Shown here: positions 10,377 through 20,739 of the stretch, piece after piece | How positions within the stretch are numbered: position 1 is the stretch's first letter | Layout of the letters: every line of letters starts with the position of its first letter | IMG/VR virus record: IMGVR_UViG_3300032290_001263 | Coordinates: 1-45,040 of that record | Source of the DNA: a virus | Lineage: Duplodnaviria > Caudoviricetes | DNA: 45,040 nucleotides | Direction: 5' to 3' (one strand) | The notes under the pieces: model-generated | The model's input: only the letters and a program-made list of their open reading frames with translations | Told to the model about the DNA's origin: nothing | Databases searched by the model: none | Program-made: the position numbers and the translations under genes

Positions 10377-12419
10377 TTAATTTATTTCAGCAAATGTTAC
10401 AGCATAAATAGTTCTTAATTCTTCTATTGTTGGCTTTCTCTGTAGTGCAGCGGCAAATGAATTAATCTTTTCAGTTACAACAGATAGGAATTCTTTAGAT
10501 GGCATACACTCAGCTTTAATTTTTGTCTTTATAGACTGTTCTGTTATTTCTTCGTATGGTTCGTGAGCAGTAAATACAGATAACTTTAATTGCTCAAGCT
10601 TAGCAAACTGCTCCTTAGGAAGACTTCTCACATTCTTAGTTTCTGATATGGAAAGAAAAATTGGTGTTATTATTTCTGATATCTTATCTTGAGCTGATAC
10701 TCCCCACATAAAAACATTTGTGTCGTAACCTTTTGCTTTTGGTAGAACTCTTTTGGTTTTTCGTTTAGTTACATCTTTACGTGATAGCGGACGACCTGTT
10801 TGAGTGTTTTTGGGTTTCCTTGCGGGTGAAATACCTGAATTATTCTGAGTAGGTTCTTTTGGTGGTGCTTGATATGGTAATCCTATTTGTTCGAAATAGT
10901 CTTTACCTAATACTTGTGATTGTAATGCCATCTTTGCCATATCTTCTTTATGGTTAGGCTGATGAAATGGACTAGCCTTTCTAGGGGCATCTTTATCTCT
11001 AGACCTACGTTTGTTTTCACGTTTGAGTCTAGACTGTTCAATCTCTGGCATTTCTTTAAATCTTTCAAGAAGAGTTTCTTCTGACATTATGCATCTATCT
11101 ACAAGACTAACTAGCTGTGTCTTAATAGCTGCTTCATCGGCCAATATAATTGCATCAAAATGAATGCGAGCCGGTTCTTTGAATTTCATGGCCTTTTGAA
11201 CAATCTTAAATTCATTGTCCCAAAACTTCTTAACGGCCTTGCGTCCATATTCAAGACGTTCTATTAATACCTTAATTGATACATAGTTATTGGTATAGCT
11301 AGCATTTCCGCTAGAACCTGTTACTGCGGCTGAAATTCCTAAGCCTTGATAAATACTGTTTAGAACGGGCTTGTACTTTTCTTCTCCTAAGAATTTATAT
11401 ACTTGACTATTGCTTTCTTGGAACTTTAGATCAGGCCCCCATACTAAATCGAATGTACCGCCACCAGTATTACTTGCTATGATGTTTCTTAGTTTATTTA
11501 TGACTCCTTCTCTCGGAACTATTTTATGGTCTAGGCTACCGATTGTCCATAATCTAATATTAGATATAGCCCCATCTAAAGCTGCTAAGTCAGCCATTCG
11601 CATCTTATTTAGCATTGATATGTCATCAAGTATTGGATGAACCATAGGATTAGCCCAAGGCAACCAATCATCTTTTTTGTAATGGAATATGCTGATTTTA
11701 GATATATCTAGTTCTACTTCTTTTTTTCCTTCTTTTATCTGGTCTTTTAGGTATTCCGGTAGATATTCAATTCCTTCTGATGACTTCTTTGTTCCTACAA
11801 ATTTTTCGTTAACCTTGATAAAATATTTCTTTTCGCCGTTAATATTTTTTAAATCAACTTTAATTGGGTTTATAAATTCGTAAGACCAAGGAATCTCTCT
11901 TCGGTAGATAGGCATTTCGGCAATAATAGAATCTGTAGATGCGGTTGACTGCTTAAACTCCGACTCTTTTACTTTTGTTATTTTTGCTGTATTCCTGTGA
12001 ACTATTACATTTCCTATTCTATAAAAGTAATTAAGAAATCTTTCGGTTCTTTCTTCGCCGTTTACTTGATTATAAAATGCCCTATAAAACTTTTGAATCT
12101 TTGGGTCTGTGTGTACAATTGTAAGACCTTGAGAAGAAAAGTCAGCCATTAGGTCTATAACATTTTTTATAATTCCAAGATTATCGTATGCATCATTACA
12201 CTCGCGCATACTTTTCTTTTGCTTTGTAGCTGTAGCCTCGCCGGGCCTAAACGCTTCGTAATCACGCCTGTCAAAAGATGGCCTAACTGAGATGTTAGGC
12301 TCTACGTTAAGATATTCACGATTGCTATACGCAGTTGATTTACTTATACCGCCGTAAGCATTTAAATCGTTATCATTAAAATCTTGGTAATATTCACAGT
12401 TATTATATATTTTGCTCAT
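10377..12419 (-). CDS. Portal protein (putative)
   Basis: 680 aa directly after terminase and before protease; basic C-terminal tail with GRP motif. Confidence 0.7.
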   Translation of the reverse strand: MSKIYNNCEYYQDFNDNDLNAYGGISKSTAYSNREYLNVEPNISVRPSFDRRDYEAFRPGEATATKQKKSMRECNDAYDNLGIIKNVIDLMADFSSQGLTIVHTDPKIQKFYRAFYNQVNGEERTERFLNYFYRIGNVIVHRNTAKITKVKESEFKQSTASTDSIIAEMPIYRREIPWSYEFINPIKVDLKNINGEKKYFIKVNEKFVGTKKSSEGIEYLPEYLKDQIKEGKKEVELDISKISIFHYKKDDWLPWANPMVHPILDDISMLNKMRMADLAALDGAISNIRLWTIGSLDHKIVPREGVINKLRNIIASNTGGGTFDLVWGPDLKFQESNSQVYKFLGEEKYKPVLNSIYQGLGISAAVTGSSGNASYTNNYVSIKVLIERLEYGRKAVKKFWDNEFKIVQKAMKFKEPARIHFDAIILADEAAIKTQLVSLVDRCIMSEETLLERFKEMPEIEQSRLKRENKRRSRDKDAPRKASPFHQPNHKEDMAKMALQSQVLGKDYFEQIGLPYQAPPKEPTQNNSGISPARKPKNTQTGRPLSRKDVTKRKTKRVLPKAKGYDTNVFMWGVSAQDKISEIITPIFLSISETKNVRSLPKEQFAKLEQLKLSVFTAHEPYEEITEQSIKTKIKAECMPSKEFLSVVTEKINSFAAALQRKPTIEELRTIYAVTFAEIN

Positions 12420-12471
12420 GTTTTCCTAATTGCATTGATAATTGATTGCCATACAATTAGGTATACTCAAG

Positions 12472-14457
12472 TTACATGTAGTATCCGGAGTTGTTATTTA
12501 CACTATCCTTAAACCACTCAGGCCCATCATAGTCATCCCCTTCACCAAGCTTTTCGCGTTCTATCATTTGAGCAAAGCCTCCGTACTGCTTATAAGCATC
12601 TAAGAAGTTTTCTTTTGGCTTGGTTCTAGCAGACATATTTGCCATAACTAAAGCAGAATATCTGTCTTTCCTTAATCTTCCTTTTTTTCCAGTTCCGATT
12701 ATATATTCTGGTGTATCCCATCTTTCTCTTCCAGCCGGAGTTTGAACTATATTAATCATAGAAAGTTCATTTTTGAGATTTTCTATATTGTAAATGCAAT
12801 CTTCGAGTGTATCGTATATAGTTCCATTGATATTGTCAGATTCTATAGCGAGTTCAATGCTTACAGGGTCATAATATGGAAATAATAAAACTTTATCTTC
12901 AAAGTCTTTTCTTAGACCGTGATTAGCTTCAGCAGTCCAGTCTGCTTTTGCAAAATTACATAGCTTTAGAATATGAAGGCCAGCGTAATCATCAGTGTCT
13001 TCGGGCTTTTCAGGATCTATTACGGGCCATATAGGTATTTCTCCTTCTGATAAACGGCTCTTATCATGTAAAGCCTCAGAAATTGTTCTACCACCACCCT
13101 GAGAGTCCATTGCTATTTCTTGGCATGGAAATATTTTAAGTAAGTCTCTTATTTTTCTTGCGCAATAAGAATAAAAATCCGTTTCAGTTGTTAATTTTGA
13201 GTTTAGCTTTTCCTTGTGTTGTTGCCTGTTGGTAGTCCATGAGTAAACTATTCTTCTATGGTCTGGATGTACTTCTAGTACAACTATACTGAAGTTATCA
13301 ACTTCAGATGCCGGGTCAATTCCATAAATATATTTGCAATCCTTACTACCATAAAGTTTAGGTTCAAAAATAACAGGGCCGCTAGGCAAATTTATTTCGT
13401 TGCTGTGAGAAACAACGCAAGATTCTATTAAAGTTCTCTTGAAAAAGCCCTGAGAGTCAGAAGAAAATATAGCTCCATACTCCATATCGAATATACCGGC
13501 ATGAACAGTAGCTTTAGCTCTAGCTATCATACCCTCGTCCATAAGGCCCTCAGGCAGTGAACTCACAGGTATTCTAATAATTGAATAGCTGTCCCATTTA
13601 AGTGCCGAGTGGTTTTTATCTCCAAGAAGTTCTGATATTTTTGCGGGATCGCCTTTTGTGCTTAAACGTGCGTGATAATCCTTCCAATATTTAGCAAAAT
13701 GGTTAAATTCATAGTATGCAGTACCGGCTAAAACGATTTGGTTTCCAATATTTGTAGAATCAAACTCTTCTTCTGGCGGTGTTATACCTAGTTTTTGCCT
13801 TCTTTTGTGCTTAACTTTTTCATTTGGAGAGGAAGATACGTTAGCGAAGCCCGCAACAACGGTTTCAAATATTTCTATTGGTATAGACGCAAATTCATCC
13901 GTAATAATATCGTGTGCTCTAGCTCCTCTAATTTTATCGCCAGTACCCAAAGGAAGACATGTTATAACACTGTTATTTATTTTAAATATCAGTCTATCGG
14001 GGTCTTTATAAGGCCCGCTTTCTTTAGTACATAAACTTCTTAGTATAGGTGCGTTGTTCCATATTTCTTCCATGTAAGAAAATAGAACCTTGCTCTGTCT
14101 AAAAGCCGAACCAACTATAATTATTTTTCTTTTGGGCAAGAATAAGGCCCGCAGTAATGCATAAACAGACATAGTCCAAGACTTAGAAGCTCCACGAGAA
14201 GCTATTATCATTGGATATTTTTTATTCCATAGCTCTTTAAGAACAACCATTTGAAATGGAAGTATGTCTATGTTAAGAATAAATCTTGTAGCAAATCTAA
14301 AATAGTCAGGATTTGACATAACACACAGCAATCTTTTCATGACTACATCAGTGTCTTGAGACTGAAAAACGTAATCTAAAGGATTGTATATGTATTCATC
14401 TGGCCGGTTTAAACCAAGCCATTCGTTATCAAAATCATAACTTTGTATTTTTTTCAT
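12472..14457 (-). CDS. terL: Terminase large subunit
   Basis: Walker A-like ASRGASKS, Walker B DIITDEF, RNase H-like GIDPA and KDRYSAL. Confidence 0.85.
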   Translation of the reverse strand: MKKIQSYDFDNEWLGLNRPDEYIYNPLDYVFQSQDTDVVMKRLLCVMSNPDYFRFATRFILNIDILPFQMVVLKELWNKKYPMIIASRGASKSWTMSVYALLRALFLPKRKIIIVGSAFRQSKVLFSYMEEIWNNAPILRSLCTKESGPYKDPDRLIFKINNSVITCLPLGTGDKIRGARAHDIITDEFASIPIEIFETVVAGFANVSSSPNEKVKHKRRQKLGITPPEEEFDSTNIGNQIVLAGTAYYEFNHFAKYWKDYHARLSTKGDPAKISELLGDKNHSALKWDSYSIIRIPVSSLPEGLMDEGMIARAKATVHAGIFDMEYGAIFSSDSQGFFKRTLIESCVVSHSNEINLPSGPVIFEPKLYGSKDCKYIYGIDPASEVDNFSIVVLEVHPDHRRIVYSWTTNRQQHKEKLNSKLTTETDFYSYCARKIRDLLKIFPCQEIAMDSQGGGRTISEALHDKSRLSEGEIPIWPVIDPEKPEDTDDYAGLHILKLCNFAKADWTAEANHGLRKDFEDKVLLFPYYDPVSIELAIESDNINGTIYDTLEDCIYNIENLKNELSMINIVQTPAGRERWDTPEYIIGTGKKGRLRKDRYSALVMANMSARTKPKENFLDAYKQYGGFAQMIEREKLGEGDDYDGPEWFKDSVNNNSGYYM

Positions 14458-14908
14458 AGATTCTTTTCATTATAGAACCGGCAACAATAAATGCATTAAG
14501 CGGCGTATCACAGAATAAAAGCTGAAAACCGTACTCTTGCTGTAGTTCTAATAATACTCTAATTAGATATTTTCCGTTTACTTTGATGTTTTTCTTGATA
14601 GATGGCGGTATGTTAGCACTTTCAGGATAATTCATTACGTCTGTAAGGCTAAACTCGCATATTACATATCTGTTAGGATACTCTCGCATTCTCTCAAGTT
14701 CTCTTTTGAACCTATCTATATCTTTTACTATATTTTGGGCTATCTCTATAACAGAGGCTTTTCTTTCTATGCATATAAGATGCGGCATTTCTTTTATTGT
14801 ATAATCGCCAGTTTTAAGAGTTCCTAGCTCCATACCTAAGCATTTCTGGTACGGGTGGAAATTCCAGCCTTGTTGTTCTCTTGTGTCTCTGATAACTGTA
14901 TATGTCAT
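14435..14908 (-). CDS. ERCC4-domain nuclease
   Basis: DTREQ, LKTGDY, IERKAS, RELERM motifs. Confidence 0.8.
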   Translation of the reverse strand: MTYTVIRDTREQQGWNFHPYQKCLGMELGTLKTGDYTIKEMPHLICIERKASVIEIAQNIVKDIDRFKRELERMREYPNRYVICEFSLTDVMNYPESANIPPSIKKNIKVNGKYLIRVLLELQQEYGFQLLFCDTPLNAFIVAGSIMKRIYEKNTKL

Positions 14909-15528
14909 AGCATAGCCCTATATTTATTGAAATTCTGTACTGTATAAATATCGTCTGCTAGCCCATGAGAAACAGCTTCTTCCGCAGTTAGCCACCAATC
15001 GCTCTTTGAGGATATTTTTTGTTTGATATATTTTTTAATTACCGGATCTTTTTGATCTTTAAATTGCTCGGACTTTTTAAATGAGCGAACAAATATGTCG
15101 TAAAAATTATTTATTAGTGATTGATGAAAATCCACATACGATTTAACAGTTTTTGCATTATCCTCTATAGATGCATACCCCTCATGTAAAAGCCAAGAGC
15201 AGTTAGGCATTGTTAATATATACCCTTTATCTATAACAGCCTGCGGAATAATTGTGGCCATAGAAGCTGAAAGCCCGTATGTAATAAAAATAAAGTCACA
15301 ATTTGAGCTTTTAATTGCATCGTATATAGCCATTCCCGAACTTGTATCGCCGCCGTTACTAAGCTGGTGTATCATTATCGGATCTTTTCTTTTTTCTAAA
15401 ATCCGCAATCCTTTCAAGAAGTTTTTAGCCACATCATGATCAATGTAATCATTAAAAAGATAGATGTCTCTTCTTTCGATATTTATGTCTATGTCAAAAT
15501 CATCAATTATCAGGTTTTTTGCGGCCAT
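14905..15528 (-). CDS. ClpP-like serine protease
   Basis: SNGG...GMAIYDAI, GLSASMATII (catalytic Ser), LLHEG (His), WLTAEEAVSHGLADDI. Confidence 0.85.
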   Translation of the reverse strand: MAAKNLIIDDFDIDINIERRDIYLFNDYIDHDVAKNFLKGLRILEKRKDPIMIHQLSNGGDTSSGMAIYDAIKSSNCDFIFITYGLSASMATIIPQAVIDKGYILTMPNCSWLLHEGYASIEDNAKTVKSYVDFHQSLINNFYDIFVRSFKKSEQFKDQKDPVIKKYIKQKISSKSDWWLTAEEAVSHGLADDIYTVQNFNKYRAML

Positions 15529-15790
15529 TTTTAATTATCTCCAAAAAATGATAAGCATAACTATTTTCTTTGTTCTTAATTGATTTATGGCATTTTTTAC
15601 ATAAACATATAAGATTGTTTTCATCGAATCTTAATCCGGGTGAATCGGCCCATCTAAAAATATGATGTATTTCTATTCCACTTGCCCTTTTTTTCTTTTT
15701 GCAAAGCTGGCAAGTGTGATTATCTCTTTCTCTAACTTTTCTATTTAGATCAGGATCTCTGTCTCTAGCAGGCTTTCGCGGATTTATCAT
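15503..15790 (-). CDS. HNH endonuclease
   Basis: RDNHTCQLC...EIHHI...NLICLCKKCH. Confidence 0.85.
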   Translation of the reverse strand: MINPRKPARDRDPDLNRKVRERDNHTCQLCKKKKRASGIEIHHIFRWADSPGLRFDENNLICLCKKCHKSIKNKENSYAYHFLEIIKNGRKKPDN

Positions 15791-16868
15791 GATCCACCAT
15801 TTCCTTTACTATATCATCTATTGTTTTAGATGGTTTCCACCCTAATTCTTTTCGAACAAGCGAGGAATCTCCATGAAGAAAATCCACTTCGGAAGGACGT
15901 TTTAAAGATTCGTCAATCTTAATATAGTTTTGGTAGTCTTTTATTCCGGCATAAGTAAAAGCTTTAATTAGAAAGTCGGCAACAGAAATACACTTGCCCG
16001 TAGAAAGAACATAGTCTCTATTTTTACCTTCTACAAGCATTGTGTAAACACACTCCATATATTCTTCTGAGTGCCCCCAGTCTCTGTAAGCGTTAAGATT
16101 CCCCAGTCTTAATTTAGGAAAGACGACATCGGGCAATGTAGAAGAAAAAATACAGGTATCATTAAATTCAAGCGACTCACACTGTCCCAACGGAGATTGT
16201 AAGAATTCTCCGATCCACTTAGTTATTTTACGTGTTACAAACTTTTCTCCACGCCTCGGGCTTTCCATATTAAAGAATATAGCCGAACATACATTCATGC
16301 CGTAGGATTCTCTGTAGTTGCGGACTAAATGATGACCGGCCAATTTTGCTATGGCATACGGGCTTTGTGGAAGCATCGGGGTGTTTTCATCCTGATATTT
16401 TACTTGATATTCAAATCCAGTTACTAGGCCGTTGAGATCTCGAATAGCTGCGTTTTTAACACTATAGTTTTTGCCAAACATTTCGCTGGAAGAAAACTGT
16501 ACTAGCTTTATGCTTTTATCGGTTTTGCGAATAGCCTCTAGAATATTAAGTACGCCGAGTGCAGTAGCATTCCAAGTAAATGCGGGCTGTTCAAAAGAGG
16601 TTGCCACATGGGATTGTGCTGCGGCATTTGCAATGTATGCGGGCCTTACTTTTTCAACAATATCATTCACTGAAAAAGAGTCCGTTATATCTCCCTCTAT
16701 AAGAGTAAAATTAGGATTAGCAAGAGATAGTTTTATTCTTTCTATATTTGGACTACTTGTGCGTCTAGTAATCCCGTAGACCTTATAACCGTTATTAAGA
16801 AATATTTCCGATAAATAAGATCCCGCCTGCCCAGTTACGCCCGATATCAATACATTTTTGTTATTCAT
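15765..16868 (-). CDS. gmd: GDP-mannose 4,6-dehydratase
   Basis: GVTGQAGSYL, AAQSHVATSFEQP, SSSE, PQSPYAIAK, FNMESPRRG-FVTRKIT, LGNLNAYRDWGH, RPSEVDFLHGD. Confidence 0.9.
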   Translation of the reverse strand: MNNKNVLISGVTGQAGSYLSEIFLNNGYKVYGITRRTSSPNIERIKLSLANPNFTLIEGDITDSFSVNDIVEKVRPAYIANAAAQSHVATSFEQPAFTWNATALGVLNILEAIRKTDKSIKLVQFSSSEMFGKNYSVKNAAIRDLNGLVTGFEYQVKYQDENTPMLPQSPYAIAKLAGHHLVRNYRESYGMNVCSAIFFNMESPRRGEKFVTRKITKWIGEFLQSPLGQCESLEFNDTCIFSSTLPDVVFPKLRLGNLNAYRDWGHSEEYMECVYTMLVEGKNRDYVLSTGKCISVADFLIKAFTYAGIKDYQNYIKIDESLKRPSEVDFLHGDSSLVRKELGWKPSKTIDDIVKEMVDHDKSAKAC

Positions 16869-17664
16869 TTTTTAAAACAGTCTCCGAATTAAGTAACGGC
16901 TTGTCAACAACACCATTGTTGTAAACAATATCCGTAGATAATCTATGATATTCCTCTTCCATTGCCAGTCTATATTTTTCCATCTCTAGACCGACATTTT
17001 TCTTAAAGTCCTTGTCCTCAATCAATGCCGTAACTAATTCAGTCCAAGTGCGTTTCGTATCCTCTATATTTTTAACACGTTGATCCCGAGTACCCTTAAT
17101 ATCTTTAAGTGCCGAAGATTTTCTTGTCATTAAATCCCGGTATTCATCCGACATGCTTTTTAGAGATATTTGAAGTGCAGATATTTGTCTCTCTAAAAGA
17201 CTGATGAAATTTGTGTCCCAGCTTGATCTATCCTCGGATTTTGCCATTTCTATATCGTATTCTAGTTCGGCTATCTTTTTTCTAGAATCGCCCTGAGACT
17301 TCAATATCCTTTCGCAAAGTATCTCAAGTTTACATATATCAAGTATCTGCATTTCCTCAGTATGAAAAACGTCATCTTTAAACTGTGCATACATTTTTCT
17401 GTAATGATGATCCAGTAGTTTTAGTTCTTCGTCCGTAAACTGTTTCTGCAAAAGCCCGTAGAATGGTCTGCTTCTTAATTGATACTTTGCCTCAAGATCC
17501 ACCTTTTGAACATCAGTTACGCCAATATTACTGTGTACATAATCGGCTATTGCTCCGGGCCTTCTGTTTAAAGCCAGAGCAATTTCCTCGATGGTCATTT
17601 TATCCTTTTGACTTACTATGAAGTTTATTTCTTCTATAGTTAGTTTACCTGTTTTTTTCGACAT
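16861..17664 (-). CDS. HTH plus coiled-coil protein, candidate terminase small subunit
   Basis: N-terminal MTIEEIALALNRRPGAIADYV HTH-like; long coiled coil; heads the packaging operon. Confidence 0.35.
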   Translation of the reverse strand: MSKKTGKLTIEEINFIVSQKDKMTIEEIALALNRRPGAIADYVHSNIGVTDVQKVDLEAKYQLRSRPFYGLLQKQFTDEELKLLDHHYRKMYAQFKDDVFHTEEMQILDICKLEILCERILKSQGDSRKKIAELEYDIEMAKSEDRSSWDTNFISLLERQISALQISLKSMSDEYRDLMTRKSSALKDIKGTRDQRVKNIEDTKRTWTELVTALIEDKDFKKNVGLEMEKYRLAMEEEYHRLSTDIVYNNGVVDKPLLNSETVLKNE

Positions 17665-18109
17665 TTTCTTTTATTATACTAATTATTTTAGATTTAATTG
17701 CTGCGTTAACTTTTACTCCAGAACGTACCTTTAAATAGTATTTTCTAAGCTCTGCGGGAATTATCGTATCGAATTCTTCCCAGTTAAATTCAGATTCCTC
17801 ACACTTTTTTATGTCAACGCTTAAAGGCTCCGGGCGAACTAGATTCTTTTTACATGCCTGTGCCTTAGTTAAATCCTTAGACCCATTAGATCTATAGTAT
17901 TTATCTCTTTTGAAGGTTTTTAAGCGATTGGATATATGCCTAGATATAAAATTCTCAAAAGGTCGTTTACCGTCCCAGCGAGTTAATCCGTCTAGTCCCA
18001 TTATTATAGCCTCTTGAATTAAATCTTCGGATGTATAATGGGCAAATCTATACTTAGGGGCTATTGACTTTGAGACTCTTTTTATTATTTCGATTTGTTC
18101 TTCGTTCAT
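17645..18109 (-). CDS. Sigma-70 region-2-like protein (possible late sigma factor)
   Basis: EDLIQEAIIMGL...WDG...FENFISRHISNRLKTFKRD pattern of region 2. Confidence 0.55.
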   Translation of the reverse strand: MNEEQIEIIKRVSKSIAPKYRFAHYTSEDLIQEAIIMGLDGLTRWDGKRPFENFISRHISNRLKTFKRDKYYRSNGSKDLTKAQACKKNLVRPEPLSVDIKKCEESEFNWEEFDTIIPAELRKYYLKVRSGVKVNAAIKSKIISIIKENVEKNR

Positions 18110-18396
18110 GATGTATTTATTATAGCATAAAAACTTCGTGCAATGCGGAGTCCATGTAAGTCGGGTGATTCTACTTGAGTAAATGGGTGAATTGTGCGTA
18201 GACCACCCTGCGATATATGAGCGTGTAAAGTAGTTTTTGTTATGGCAGAAAACCCCCCTTAGTGGGGGTATATAAAATTTTTTCTAAAATGATTGAATAT
18301 GGGCTTGCAATGTGTTCGATATATGTTAGTATGGTTTGTGTTGATTCGACGTTGTTGTTGAGTCAGTTAGTTAGTTCCTTGTTAGGAGTGTTTGTG

Positions 18397-18651
18397 ATGT
18401 TTTATCAAGTTTTGGTTATGACCGCGAGCGGAAAAGTTCGAGTTTCAAACGAAACATCTTTGAGTGCAGTGAAATCCGTGACGGATAACGTTAACTGCGA
18501 TATCGAGGTAATCAACAACAGTGGTGACGTTTTGTACAAGCGACGAAAGAACGTTCATTCAAACGTTACCCATAGGCTTGTAGGGATCGGTGCAGATAAG
18601 GCTGCTCTTGATCGTGCGATTCGAAAGCGTGGATATCTCAAGCTGAGCTAA
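18397..18651 (+). CDS. Hypothetical early protein
   Basis: ATG 18397 after AGGAG; promoter TTGCAA(18305)-N16-TAGTAT; hairpin 18671-18694 follows. Confidence 0.65.
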   Translation: MFYQVLVMTASGKVRVSNETSLSAVKSVTDNVNCDIEVINNSGDVLYKRRKNVHSNVTHRLVGIGADKAALDRAIRKRGYLKLS

Positions 18652-18853
18652 GCTGAGAATTGAAACTGATCGATCCCCCCGAAAGGGGGGATCGTGTGGA
18701 AAGGAAAAAGTTCAGTGGGACGAATGGGCCGACATTGTCGGTCTCGTGGCTAAATGTTAAAGTTATTGTTGACTTATGACGATAAATAGTCTATAGTTGT
18801 TTGTGTCGGGTTCGGGAGTGCCGAATCGACAAAGGCTCCTTTTAAGGAACTTG

Positions 18854-19099
18854 ATGATGGCAAATTTGGTTGTTGTTAAGAAGGTTTGGATTGAAGCAGA
18901 GGATCTTGTGTTGGCTCTTTTGGCATTAAATAGACACGGTACAAAAATACTGCCAGACCTTCTTCCTTATGAAATGTACTGCATCGAAAAGGAAATTGGT
19001 TTTAATATCACCGAATTAAATCGGTTATACAAGAATTTTCCGAGAACCGTAGTGGCATATCCGGATGGAGATGATTTTATTAGGAATCCATTGGTATAG
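18854..19099 (+). CDS. Hypothetical cassette protein
   Basis: ATG after AAGGA RBS, downstream of promoter 18769. Confidence 0.65.
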   Translation: MMANLVVVKKVWIEAEDLVLALLALNRHGTKILPDLLPYEMYCIEKEIGFNITELNRLYKNFPRTVVAYPDGDDFIRNPLV

Positions 19100-19265
19100 C
19101 ATTCAGTCAGCAAAAAGAAAAAGTCGGTTCATCTGTATGGGTGGGCCGACTTTGTCGGTCTCGGCTAGATATGTTAAAGTATCTCTTGCATTGTGTCGAT
19201 ATATATAGTACGATGTTAGCAGTCCGGTAGTTCCGGTAGTTAGTTTCTCAGAAAGGATTCTGATC

Positions 19266-19400
19266 ATGCGTTTAGTTGTTTTGTTGGCTTTAGTATCTTT
19301 GGTAGGATGCCGTGCTATAGATAAGGTAGCTCTAAAGGCTATACCTAAAGATCATGGCAAGTATGAATTCGCAATAGAATTTACGCCTACCAAGGATTAG
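19266..19400 (+). CDS. Small lipoprotein (44 aa), not in ORF track
   Basis: MRLVVLLALVSLVGCRAIDK...; lipobox LVGC; AGAAAGGA RBS; own promoter at 19186. Confidence 0.7.
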   Translation: MRLVVLLALVSLVGCRAIDKVALKAIPKDHGKYEFAIEFTPTKD

Positions 19401-19572
19401 TATAAGATCGATAGGTCGGCCCTGAATCTGAAAGGAGGATGGGCCGACTTTGTCGGTCTCGTGAAGAAATATTGTAGTTAGCTATTGCATTATGTCGAAT
19501 ATATGGTAGATTGGTTTGTGTTGGGTTTGGGAGTTCCAAGCCAACAAAAGTTTTTTCGAAAGGGTTTGAAAT

Positions 19573-19896
19573 ATGTCGCAAGTAGCTTACAGCGAATTTG
19601 TAGGAATGGCATCGTTGGCGAATACACTAGGCAAGATGATTGCAACACTTGAACCTGAACAAATGGTTGAAGCGTTCTTGCTATCGCAAGGTGTCCGCAA
19701 CTGCATTGCATACGATTTTGCAGAGAACGGCGTAGAACTGCATCTCAAAATGCAATGGATTTTTGCAGAATTCAAAGACAATCCCGGAGTTTTTGATATT
19801 GCAATCTGGAATGCAATCGATGATCATGATGTTGTGATTGCGTGTTGTGCAATTGTAGATCGGCATAAACGAGAACATGCAGAACATCCAGAATGA
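19573..19896 (+). CDS. Hypothetical cassette protein
   Basis: 107 aa between promoter 19485 and terminator 19919. Confidence 0.75.
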   Translation: MSQVAYSEFVGMASLANTLGKMIATLEPEQMVEAFLLSQGVRNCIAYDFAENGVELHLKMQWIFAEFKDNPGVFDIAIWNAIDDHDVVIACCAIVDRHKREHAEHPE

Positions 19897-19918
19897 TTCC
19901 TGTAACAACAAAACAAAT

Positions 19919-19950
19919 ACCGGCCCTGCTTCGGCGGGGTCGGTTTTTTT
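19919..19950 (+). terminator. Intrinsic terminator
   Basis: CCGGCCCTGC-TTCG-GCGGGGTCGG plus T-run; near-identical hairpin at 21634-21661. Confidence 0.85.
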
Positions 19951-20261
19951 ATGCATTGATAGTGTGAGAATGGGCCGACATTGTCGGTCTCGTCCTTGAG
20001 TCAAAGTGCTAAGAATTGACAAACTATTCAAGGTGTGGTAGAATAGGCGGATCGTAGGTAGAGTAGGTATAATCGTTAAAATAGGTATAATCGATAAGAT
20101 GTTTAAGATCGTTAATGTTTCTGTTACTGTTAAATGCGATGGATGGGCCGACTTTGTCGGTCTCGTCCCAAAATGCTTGACATTTGAATTTAATATGCTC
20201 TAATGTTTATATCGCTGGTCAACGTGACCGGCAAACAACGGTTTAGTTAAGGGTTACAGTT

Positions 20262-20690
20262 ATGAAAATGTCGCAAGTGTTGGCAATTCCTCACAAAATC
20301 ATCGATTCGGTTACACCTGAATCTTTTGCAAAAGACACTGGGGCTTGCCTAGTGATCGGCAAAAGAATGATCAAGGATTTGACAACGGAATCTGGATTCG
20401 TTGAGACAGAAAAGGTTATGCCGATTCTTTCGCTGATTCCAAAGCAGAAAAAACGAAAGCTGACCGAATCTTCGGTCAAATTCGATACAACCGGAGAACG
20501 AAAGATCATTGATAGCGATTCCGAAAGAGCAAAGCGAATCGAACGATACCGAGCGATGGCTGAGCAAGGCCCGATTGAAGATCGATTCGAGGAAAACGAA
20601 CGCGAACTGATCAAGAAACAAATCACGTTCTGCGATCTAGCTCTCAAGGCCGGTTGGATGCAAGACGAGGAATTCGAAGACGACGAATAA
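20262..20690 (+). CDS. Hypothetical protein, paralog of 21802-22152
   Basis: 142 aa, acidic C-terminus; promoter 20177; terminator 20716. Confidence 0.8.
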   Translation: MKMSQVLAIPHKIIDSVTPESFAKDTGACLVIGKRMIKDLTTESGFVETEKVMPILSLIPKQKKRKLTESSVKFDTTGERKIIDSDSERAKRIERYRAMAEQGPIEDRFEENERELIKKQITFCDLALKAGWMQDEEFEDDE

Positions 20691-20715
20691 TCGAAGTCTG
20701 ACCAAGTCTGAATCG

Positions 20716-20739
20716 CCCCCCCGAAAGGGGGGGTTTTTT
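20716..20739 (+). terminator. Intrinsic terminator (C-run-GAAA-G-run family)
   Basis: CCCCCCC-GAAA-GGGGGGG-TTTTTT; same type at 18671, 21202, 22177. Confidence 0.85.

Noticed and set aside
7356-12471. Late promoter motif G(A/C)GTAT upstream of portal, protease and post-capsid genes
   Set aside because: Only three short AT-rich matches; not distinguishable from chance by eye.
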